NCBI GenBank assembly: GCA_046539845.1
Contig: JBKHGE010000003.1
Span: 1 to 64,000 of the forward strand
Reading direction: 5' to 3'
Length of the DNA stretch: 64,000 bases
Source of the DNA: Desulfonatronovibrionaceae bacterium
GTDB lineage: Bacteria; Desulfobacterota; Desulfovibrionia; Desulfovibrionales; Desulfonatronovibrionaceae
The notes below the pieces were generated by a model, which worked only from the letters and a program-made list of their open reading frames with translations, was not told where the DNA came from and ran no database searches. The position numbers and the translations under genes are program-made. This document shows, one piece after another, positions 29,430 to 36,936 of this stretch (position 1 is its first letter; every line of letters begins with the position of its first letter).

Positions 29430-29778
29430 TGTTTCCCCCCTGATCTTGCATCCGGACCAAAACAACATGTTCGCCTTTGGACAGGACATAAACCCGGTCG
29501 TATTTTTGGACCGCAGTCCTGGTCCCGTCTTCAGCGATTATCTCCAGCCTGGAGTATTTGAGCGGATCGTGCCTGTATAGATTGATCACCCGAGTGCTTC
29601 GGCCCAGGTACTGCACCGGACCGAGTACAGAATAGCCCTCGGACTTATATTTCTCCAAAGTCATCTGAACTTGAGGCTCATCCTGCTTTTCCTCATCCGG
29701 TCCCTCTGCAGCAAATGCAAACGCACCGACAAACAAAAGCACCACAGTTAAAGTAAAAACAGCCACTTCTTTGCCCAT
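29422..29778 (-). CDS. Secreted hypothetical protein in the pil operon
   Basis: Signal peptide (AFA cleavage site), GGGAGAG RBS; overlaps the pilY1 start. Confidence 0.7.
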   Translation of the reverse strand: MGKEVAVFTLTVVLLFVGAFAFAAEGPDEEKQDEPQVQMTLEKYKSEGYSVLGPVQYLGRSTRVINLYRHDPLKYSRLEIIAEDGTRTAVQKYDRVYVLSKGEHVVLVRMQDQGGNNV

Positions 29779-29811
29779 GTCTACTCTCCCCGGACGTATT
29801 TTACAAAAAAT

Positions 29812-30327
29812 TTAGTCCCTTTCATACTTGATCTCCACTATGGACTCACCGCCATTGGAAAAGCCGCGTCCGAACACAAAATATATGTCTCCGTCCACTG
29901 TAGCGTTTCTATAAGCCACGTACTGAGTATCGTTGGAGAAATCGGAGGAGACTGCATTGGAGGACCAGAAAGTGGAATTATTGCGCAAAGAAGAGCCCTC
30001 TGGAACAGCGGTGGTCGCATTTATATCGATTATCCAGGTCCCGTTTCCAACCTCATTGTCGTCTATTTTCTGCACTGCTTCATACGCCGCCCCGTCCGCA
30101 AGGTACAGATTCTCGTGATATACCCTGTAGCTGCGGGTTATTTGCAAGTCGGTAGATGCGGTGCGGATGCCGTTAAGACCGATCACCGCCAACAGGATGA
30201 GGAAAATAAGGGAAATCAGCAGAACAGATCCTTCCTGTTTGCGGGACTGAAATAAAGCCCCAAAACGGTTCTCCGCCCCCTTTTTAATCCGGATAACTGC
30301 TTCTCTTTTTTCTGGCGTCCTGTTCAT
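29812..30327 (-). CDS. pilX: Minor pilin PilX
   Basis: QEG|SVLLISLIFL prepilin-like segment lacking Glu5; YLADGA motif. Confidence 0.8.
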   Translation of the reverse strand: MNRTPEKREAVIRIKKGAENRFGALFQSRKQEGSVLLISLIFLILLAVIGLNGIRTASTDLQITRSYRVYHENLYLADGAAYEAVQKIDDNEVGNGTWIIDINATTAVPEGSSLRNNSTFWSSNAVSSDFSNDTQYVAYRNATVDGDIYFVFGRGFSNGGESIVEIKYERD

Positions 30328-30710
30328 TCTATCCTCGGTCGGACATTGTTCAGAGTAATGGACTTGGAGTCACCCCCACTGTTCCAGGTCACAGTGAGCT
30401 GGATTTCCTTAATATTGTTGGTCGTCCCGGTTGTGTTCACGGTCCAGCTGACCTGGAACTGCTTCCCGAAAGAATTTATGGCCTCGTTGTGCGCCCCGTC
30501 GTTTAACATCGGATCTGAATAGGCAACATTTTTGAGTTCTTCCAGTTTGTCCATGCCCACATCCATTGCCCGGGTTATGTACCGGGCGTCCCCGCTGCCT
30601 TCAGCGAAGTGGCCCTGCATCTGGGCCAGGGCCAGAAGACCGACGCTCAGGATGACCAAGGCCATCATTATCTCCAGAAGGGAATATCCTTTATTATCTC
30701 TCATAATCAC
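30324..30710 (-). CDS. pilV: Minor pilin PilV
   Basis: G|YSLLEIMMAL and VGLLALAQMQ motifs. Confidence 0.8.
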   Translation of the reverse strand: MIMRDNKGYSLLEIMMALVILSVGLLALAQMQGHFAEGSGDARYITRAMDVGMDKLEELKNVAYSDPMLNDGAHNEAINSFGKQFQVSWTVNTTGTTNNIKEIQLTVTWNSGGDSKSITLNNVRPRIE

Positions 30711-31273
30711 AGCCCCATGTTCCGGCAGCGCACCGAACTGTTAAAGCAGTATTCGGTGTCAAAATTGTCCGCATACGCCCCGGAAATCTTGCCACAGATG
30801 CCGATGTTCACCATCCGTACATTGGTCGCGTTCGGGGTATATCCGAAAGAAAACGAGGTTATATCCTCGGCCAGGACCTGCATGGATCCGTTTGAGCTTG
30901 GCTGCATATTGAGAGTATTGTTACTGGCATCGTATCGGAAAATGCGGTCCCTGTCGCAGGATCCGTCCCCGTTGTAATCATACCTAACATTGATTGAGGT
31001 GGAATTGTTGCTGTATATCCCGGGGCAAGTGGCGTTGGCCGGATTCAGCCCGGCCATGCGCAGATCCCTGGACATCACCTGCATGGCCGCCCGGATTCCC
31101 TGCTGCACGTCAGAGAGCTTGCTCTGCTCCGTGTATTGTTCATTGGTGGTCATGAATACCGAAGTCAGCCCGGCCAGGATAACCACGGAGATGGCCAGAG
31201 AGACCAAAAGCTCCACCAGGGTGAATCCCGCGGGGCTTTCAAGCGCATTCTTGATTTTCTCGATTTTTGACAT
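30707..31273 (-). CDS. pilW: Minor pilin PilW
   Basis: G|FTLVELLVSL and RDLRMAG motifs. Confidence 0.82.
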   Translation of the reverse strand: MSKIEKIKNALESPAGFTLVELLVSLAISVVILAGLTSVFMTTNEQYTEQSKLSDVQQGIRAAMQVMSRDLRMAGLNPANATCPGIYSNNSTSINVRYDYNGDGSCDRDRIFRYDASNNTLNMQPSSNGSMQVLAEDITSFSFGYTPNATNVRMVNIGICGKISGAYADNFDTEYCFNSSVRCRNMGL

Positions 31274-31282
31274 TGCGGTCCG

Positions 31283-31783
31283 CTACTCGATTTTGACGTT
31301 TCCGTTGAAGCCGACAACCACTTTTTTGGTACTGTTGTTATTGTTTCTGCAAAAGACATGTCCAAAGGTCCCGTCCGGCAGGCCCAATTTATCGAAAGTG
31401 ACGCGGGTGTGCGAGGAAAAAGAGGGGTCGTGCAATTGAATGTGGTTATCATAACGCTCGGCAAGATTAACCGTTTTTATGATCTCATCCGTGGCGGAAC
31501 TGCATCCGGCGGTGGAATCGTTTTCCACGCAGATCGTGTATGAATTAAGGGCGCTAAAATCTATTGTACACTCACTACCCCTTTCAATGGCCTTCATCTT
31601 GGTCTCTTCAATATCGGCCAGGACATCCCGGGCCGCGGAGTTGAGGCGCATTTTGGGCAGCAGCGTGGAAAGTGAATTTGTGGCCAGGGTCACGAGCACT
31701 GCCACCACGGCCACGGCCACCATCAGCTCAATAATGGTAAATCCCTTCGCCCTCTCCGGGCTTTTTTTATTCATCCAACTCAC
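31283..31783 (-). CDS. Minor pilin, FimT/FimU (GspH-like)
   Basis: G|FTIIELMVAV, AARDVLADI and FDKLG motifs. Confidence 0.82.
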   Translation of the reverse strand: MSWMNKKSPERAKGFTIIELMVAVAVVAVLVTLATNSLSTLLPKMRLNSAARDVLADIEETKMKAIERGSECTIDFSALNSYTICVENDSTAGCSSATDEIIKTVNLAERYDNHIQLHDPSFSSHTRVTFDKLGLPDGTFGHVFCRNNNNSTKKVVVGFNGNVKIE

Positions 31784-31862
31784 TTACAGCCCCTGCCTTT
31801 TTCTTAATAGTTTAATTATCATTTATCCATTGCCAGCCTGCATGGCAATGCCTGTAACGTGA

Positions 31863-31902
31863 ATTAATCGTGAAACCGGAACTTTTTGGCCGTGCGGATT
31901 AA
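31863..31902. repeat. 40-bp direct repeat, copy 1 (duplicate of the sensor kinase 3' end)
   Basis: ATTAATCGTGAAACCGGAACTTTTTGGCCGTGCGGATTAA, identical to 33194-33233. Confidence 0.95.
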
Positions 31903-32111
31903 AAGAATAAAGGCAACAGTTGATTATATCAATCTGCATTTGCGATAGAAGATCGCCGGGGCTGGAAACCCAATTCATTGCAATCAAAAGTCTTTCCTTG
32001 GGATAACTCTTCTCTCAAGATTATTAAACCGGTCTTTATACGCACTGTAACAATTGACCAATACTCCTGTTTGCTTTGACTAACATGCAGATTTTGCTTA
32101 TTGGTCATATT

Positions 32112-32357
32112 ATGGATAAAATCAATAATCCGCATGATCATTTTTTCCGCAGGACCGGGAGCGATCCCAGGGTGGCCGGGGACTTTTTGGCCAACTATCC
32201 ACCTGAAAATATTGCAAAACATCTTGACCTGGACCAGCTCGAGATTCAAACGGGTTCCTTTGTGGACAAGGACCCGCAGGAACATTATAGTGAAAGCTTG
32301 GTTTATTTAAGAAAAATCAATATCATATTTCACAATAAAGTATCCTGGAGTTATTAA
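32112..32357 (+). pseudogene. Truncated Rpn/YhgA-like nuclease (transposase_31), N-terminal fragment
   Basis: NPHDHFF...AGDFL...LDLDQLEIQTGSFVD...HYS; similarity stops just before the catalytic Asp. Confidence 0.8.
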
Positions 32358-32752
32358 TGCTTGGTAAGGATGAAGTAGATATTATAATCCGGATCCTCGA
32401 AAGGAATCCTCGGATAATGGCGGCGTATCTTTTGGGCAGCGCCGCTTCCGGAAAAATGCGCGAGGACAGCGACGTGGATCTGGCTGTCCTGGTGCCCGAC
32501 AATGAGTCCTTGAGCGGCATGGAAAGAATTGAACTGGCTTCGGAGATAGTGATTGCAACCGGCCGGATAGTGGATATAGGCGAAATAGGCCCGGACAATC
32601 TTGTCTACGCCAAGGAAGCGGTACTGGGTGGAAAACGGATCTTTATCCGGAAGGGGGCAGAAGCGGAAATGAAAATCGCCCGCATTCTGGGGATGTATAT
32701 TATGTTCAACGAATCCAGACAAGAGGTTATCCATGCCTATCAGTCCGGATGA
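32357..32752 (+). CDS. mntA: Minimal nucleotidyltransferase antitoxin (MntA-like, type VII TA)
   Basis: GS-X10-DXD motif (GSAASGKMREDSDVD). Confidence 0.88.
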   Translation: MLGKDEVDIIIRILERNPRIMAAYLLGSAASGKMREDSDVDLAVLVPDNESLSGMERIELASEIVIATGRIVDIGEIGPDNLVYAKEAVLGGKRIFIRKGAEAEMKIARILGMYIMFNESRQEVIHAYQSG

Positions 32753-33152
32753 TGTGTGCAGAAACAAGGCGGCGATCATAGAAAGAGCCATCCGCCGGGT
32801 AAAGCAGGAATATGATTTTGACCCCGGGCTCGAGGACTTTACCCATATAGATGCCTTGATTTTGAATGTGGAAAGGGCATGCCAGGCGGCTATCGACCTT
32901 GCCATGCATATTGTTTCCAGGGAGCACCTGGGAATGCCTCAGAGTAACGCGGATTGCTTTCGTCTCCTGTATCGGGCGGGGTTAATCACAAACGGTACAA
33001 TGCGCAACATGGTTTCCATGGTTGGCTTTAGAAATATAGCCATACACGAATACCAAGGGCTGGACACGGATATTATACATGCTATCGCCCGGGAAAAGTG
33101 GAAATCGCTCGTGACATTTTGTTTTGAAACAGGGATTAAAATCGAACCATAA
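32733..33152 (+). CDS. hepT: HEPN RNase toxin (HepT/DUF86-like)
   Basis: RX4HXY motif (RNIAIHEY); overlaps the MNT gene. Confidence 0.88.
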   Translation: MPISPDDVCRNKAAIIERAIRRVKQEYDFDPGLEDFTHIDALILNVERACQAAIDLAMHIVSREHLGMPQSNADCFRLLYRAGLITNGTMRNMVSMVGFRNIAIHEYQGLDTDIIHAIAREKWKSLVTFCFETGIKIEP

Positions 33153-33193
33153 GCGCCCCCCAAAATAACCCCGGCCATGCTTAAAGCGGCCGC

Positions 33194-33233
33194 ATTAATC
33201 GTGAAACCGGAACTTTTTGGCCGTGCGGATTAA
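33194..33233. repeat. 40-bp direct repeat, copy 2
   Basis: Encodes the last 12 codons and the stop of the sensor kinase. Confidence 0.95.
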
Positions 33234-34046
33234 GGCGGCCAGGAAAAAATTATCCCTCTTTACCCATTTAAAGATAAATCCGTTTCTTTTGGCCAGCCTG
33301 CGGGCGGTATTTAACCCCACGCCGGTTCCGTGCACCCGCTCCGGATCAATATCGTTTCTGATCCATACATACGGCCTGCCCCGGCTCCTGCCGCTTCGGA
33401 CAAGCACCTTGGAGGAGGAGTAGCGGGCGGCGTTTTCAAAAAGTATATACAAAACCGCCTCCATCTCCGAGCGGATGCACTTTGTTTCCGCCGGATTGAG
33501 CAGGGTCTTTTCCGGCTCAAGCTCTTCCTTGAAATCACCCAACACCCCGGAAACCAACCCGGAGAGATTCGTTTTTTCCGGTTCCGGTTCCTCTGAACCG
33601 GAGTCCTTGATTATCCGGAGCATGTTTCTGAAGTCCCTTTCCAGAAAAGAGCGGCCCTGCTCCAGACGCTGCAGGGCCTTTTTGCTCCCGGTGTCCCGCA
33701 GAAGCTCGAAGTCCACCCGCTGCGCGGCCAGGAAATTGCCCAGCTTGTGGGAAACGGTCTGCAAAAGGAGCTCTTGATATTCCCGGGTCCGCTCCTTGTA
33801 TCTTTTGTAGCGCCGAAGGAGCTGAAGAAAAAGATAGGTCAGGGCCGTGACCAGGATAAGCTCCCACAACAAAATGTTAAAAAGCATCACCCCGGCCTTG
33901 TCCGCCCAGCTGTCCCAAACCATAAGCGACATCTGATAATCAATGACCAGAAAGGCTATGTCCAGAAGCAACAGGCACAGAAAAAACACCAGGGCGAAGT
34001 GAAAAAGGAGCTTGAATTCGGAACTTATTCTGATTTTGGCCTCCAA
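33195..34046 (-). CDS. Small atypical sensor histidine kinase (2 TM)
   Basis: H-box VSHKLGN, N-box ENAARYS and G2 GTGVGL; the start codon (TTG, no clear RBS) is uncertain. Confidence 0.78.
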   Translation of the reverse strand: MEAKIRISSEFKLLFHFALVFFLCLLLLDIAFLVIDYQMSLMVWDSWADKAGVMLFNILLWELILVTALTYLFLQLLRRYKRYKERTREYQELLLQTVSHKLGNFLAAQRVDFELLRDTGSKKALQRLEQGRSFLERDFRNMLRIIKDSGSEEPEPEKTNLSGLVSGVLGDFKEELEPEKTLLNPAETKCIRSEMEAVLYILFENAARYSSSKVLVRSGRSRGRPYVWIRNDIDPERVHGTGVGLNTARRLAKRNGFIFKWVKRDNFFLAALIRTAKKFRFHD

Positions 34047-34105
34047 TACTACTATTTAGCCATACATAAGCTCAAAATTTCTATACAAACAATTTATTAG
34101 TAGTG

Positions 34106-34921
34106 TTAATCTTTAGAATATTTCCAAGCCTCTCCCGGCAACTTATGAATAAGCTCACTTTTGAGAAAATCGAAAGCAGAGGCAAAATCCCAATGCATAT
34201 CCGGCCTCAACAGAGGTCTAATGTCGTTTGCAAATTGAGATTCAGAATACTTCGCATACATATTTTCCTCATACATGGCCCGGGTAATATTTACTCCAGC
34301 ATGATCCATATACTTTAAGAAAGCATAAATTATACGCTCGGTATCCAGTTTTCTGCGTTGAGTTTGAAACGCATGCCATAAGTCAAACATATCCCGCCCT
34401 TTTTTACGTTGGTAAAGGGCGCGCAATTTGGTTGCCAGCAATTCCTCCAACTCGTAAGTCAATATTCGGGCTTGGCCATTATACCAGGGAGAGTCCACAT
34501 AGAAAGGAATTCTTTGCAGTCCGTACACTGAAAAGTGTTCCCGGGAATTTATCTCCACCTTCAGCGTCAAGGGGACATCTTCTTCCGACAGAAATCGAAA
34601 TTTGAAAGTCACCCTGCCTTGAGTCTGTTTCCATTTGGGCGCGCCCAGCCACGGGGCAAGGGCATCTCTCAAACTGTCCATCAAAGGACCGATAGGACCG
34701 GGATTGACTTGAACCAGGTCAATATCTTCTGAATAACGAACGGCTGGCAAATAGAGTTTGAAAAGGGCGGTTCCTCCACGGAAAGCCAGACTGTCTTTTA
34801 ACACTGGATGCCGAAACATATCTACAAGGGCCCGACTAATGACCAGATCCTGTTCCACCATACTGACATCCGGCCACGGTGCGTTTTTTTGCCAATGGAT
34901 AATGTATGCTTGAGGAATCAA
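34106..34921 (-). CDS. abiEii: AbiEii/AbiGii nucleotidyltransferase toxin (type IV TA)
   Basis: EQDL, FRGGTAL, RYSEDIDL and TKLRALYQRKKGRDMFD motifs. Confidence 0.92.
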   Translation of the reverse strand: MIPQAYIIHWQKNAPWPDVSMVEQDLVISRALVDMFRHPVLKDSLAFRGGTALFKLYLPAVRYSEDIDLVQVNPGPIGPLMDSLRDALAPWLGAPKWKQTQGRVTFKFRFLSEEDVPLTLKVEINSREHFSVYGLQRIPFYVDSPWYNGQARILTYELEELLATKLRALYQRKKGRDMFDLWHAFQTQRRKLDTERIIYAFLKYMDHAGVNITRAMYEENMYAKYSESQFANDIRPLLRPDMHWDFASAFDFLKSELIHKLPGEAWKYSKD

Positions 34922-35697
34922 ATTTCCGGCTCCACCCTACTGTTAATCAACAGTCTCCAACGCTTGCTTTTTGCCGCGCCCCTAGCCTGCACTGACGGTA
35001 AAAGCGAGGACTTTACCGAATCCCTTTGTAAAACAAGCTCGGCCAAAGGATCGGACAACTCATTTGCACCTACCAGATCTAAAAGATATCCTAAACGCTG
35101 AGTCCAGGATATTGGCGATTTTGAAGCCACTTTTATCAGGTTTGGCCCTTGCAATCTCGGGGATAACTCGGCAAGCAATGTAGCTACATTGTCCAGCCCT
35201 CCGCACCGCTTGAAATAGCCTACAAGATCAAAAGCTGTGGCCTCAGGAGTGGATACATTCAACAGGCCGGCAGGAGTATTTCTGGTCTGCACAGGTATCT
35301 CCCGGACATTATTCCTGACTATAAATTCAACCCAAACATTTCCGCAATTAATTTCTCTTCGCGGCTTGTCCACCACCACTTGAAATACCTGTGGACGCTG
35401 ATGAGCTGCACCATAGTAGGCGGCGGCGCTTAACAAGCCAGCGTAATATGCCGACCCCAGATAGGCCATCATTTCTGGAATAAATTGCTCAGCCGGGAGA
35501 CAACCAAGTAGCCGATAACGCGGGGGAATAATCACATAAAATCCGCGTGTAGGACTCGCGACAACCCCCTTTTGCTTCAGACGATACAAGGCTGAGTACA
35601 ATGCTCGTGCAGACAGGTGTGTTTGGCGTTGAAGACTCTGAAAAGAAAAACACATCTTTCCTTGAGCCTCCAATTCGGATATTTTTGTAAAAAGCAT
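34918..35697 (-). CDS. abiEi: AbiEi antitoxin/transcriptional regulator
   Basis: RGFYVIIPP, YYAGLLSAAAYYGAAHQ, STPEATAFDL and QRLGYLLD motifs; AGGAG RBS before ATG 35697. Confidence 0.9.
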   Translation of the reverse strand: MLFTKISELEAQGKMCFSFQSLQRQTHLSARALYSALYRLKQKGVVASPTRGFYVIIPPRYRLLGCLPAEQFIPEMMAYLGSAYYAGLLSAAAYYGAAHQRPQVFQVVVDKPRREINCGNVWVEFIVRNNVREIPVQTRNTPAGLLNVSTPEATAFDLVGYFKRCGGLDNVATLLAELSPRLQGPNLIKVASKSPISWTQRLGYLLDLVGANELSDPLAELVLQRDSVKSSLLPSVQARGAAKSKRWRLLINSRVEPEI

Positions 35698-35710
35698 CTT
35701 CTCTCCTGGC

Positions 35711-35761
35711 TGAATTGTTTGCACTATTTACTGCTTTTCGAAGAATAGTGCAAACAATTCA
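35711..35761. promoter_or_regulatory. Perfect 18-bp inverted repeat, putative AbiEi operator
   Basis: TGAATTGTTTGCACTATT-N15-AATAGTGCAAACAATTCA immediately upstream of abiEi. Confidence 0.8.
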
Positions 35762-35796
35762 ACCAAAAACCAACTTCCACAAAAAAATAAAGGGCC

Positions 35797-36441
35797 TCAT
35801 ATATCCAGCCGATACCCCCGGGCCTTGTAGGTGACAATGCTCTCCGGGGGAATCACCTTGCGGATCTCGCCGATGTAGTGACGGATAACGTCCTCGCCCA
35901 CGGTCACATCCGGCCACACAGTCTCCAGTATCTCCTCCTTGGGCACCAGCCGGCCCTGGTGCCGGATAAGGAGCCGAAGCACCTCCCATGCCTTTGCGGA
36001 CAGGCTTTCTTCCCGGCCCTGCTTTTTGATCACCCCGGTGTTGAGGTCAATATCGGCATCCCCGATGCTTATCTGATCCACTCGCCCATCCCGGCGCAAA
36101 AGGGCGTTCAGGCGCAAAACCAACTCCAGGGGGTCAAAAGGCTTGGTCAGGTAATCATCCGCCCCGAGTTCAAAACACTGTTTCTTGTCCTGTAAATCTG
36201 TCTTGGCGGTCAAAACCAGAACCGGGAGCCGGAAACCTTCCTCTCTCAAACGGGCCAGCAGATCCTCACCCCGGCCGTGCTTGAGGATCAGATCCAGAAC
36301 CAGGGCGTCAAAATATCCGGCCCGCCCTGTGTCGAACAAACTCTCATCCGCGAACCACTCCACAGTGAATCCCCGGGTCCGGAGATATTCCTCCAGACCG
36401 GCTCCAAGGGCGTGATCGTCCTCAATCAAAACCACCCGCAT
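35797..36441 (-). CDS. OmpR-family response regulator
   Basis: IEDD, LDLIL, LTAK, GADDYLTKPF and winged-helix RGYRL motifs. Confidence 0.92.
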   Translation of the reverse strand: MRVVLIEDDHALGAGLEEYLRTRGFTVEWFADESLFDTGRAGYFDALVLDLILKHGRGEDLLARLREEGFRLPVLVLTAKTDLQDKKQCFELGADDYLTKPFDPLELVLRLNALLRRDGRVDQISIGDADIDLNTGVIKKQGREESLSAKAWEVLRLLIRHQGRLVPKEEILETVWPDVTVGEDVIRHYIGEIRKVIPPESIVTYKARGYRLDI

Positions 36442-36936
36442 GAACTATCCCTTAACTGATTTCTTCGTGATTATCCGCCGGATACTTTGTACGCCGCGCT
36501 ACCGGTCCGGCCTGTCCCTGTTTGATTCATTATCTGATTTTCCGGCAATTTGAAACACCTGACCGAAAATTCAAAAACCCGAGAGCAAAAGACGCTCCCT
36601 GGGCATTCACAGGCAAAAAGGATTCGGGGCCGAGAACACGTATTTTCCTCTTGTCTAACCAGCTGGAATAAAAGGTTAATCTAGACAGAGACTTCGCCCT
36701 TGCCCAATTGCGGATTTATCGTTAAGGATTTTTGTTTTTCGGTCGTCCGGTTGCCCGGCTGAGACCCTGCAACAAAAATTTCCCTGCCCAAAACAAAATC
36801 CTAGACCAGCAGCAGGCGGAGCAGGTCCCCGCAGTCACTGTCCGGACGGAGCCAAGATGAGTCTCCGGCGGGGCATTTCATCCACAAAACCCAACGTAGC
36901 CGGAAACGACCAGAACCAGCAAAACAGGGAGTAGTC

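Larger units (their letters stand above)
31863..33233. mobile_element. Direct-repeat-flanked islet (about 1.37 kb) carrying an Rpn remnant and MntA-HepT
   Basis: Perfect 40-bp flanking repeats, AT-richer cargo on the opposite strand, no recombinase gene inside. Confidence 0.65.

Noticed and set aside
25818..33233. Diversity-generating retroelement or shufflon acting on PilY1/pilins
   Set aside because: There is no reverse transcriptase or invertase, and the only long repeat is identical, with no adenine-specific mismatches.
24951..34068. 11-bp inverted match AGCCATACATA flanking the pil-HK block (possible invertible segment)
   Set aside because: It is too short; such matches are expected by chance in 64 kb, and no recombinase is nearby.
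24125..35724. Integron cassette array of TA genes
   Set aside because: There is no IntI, and no RYYYAAC...GTTRRRY attC sites are evident.
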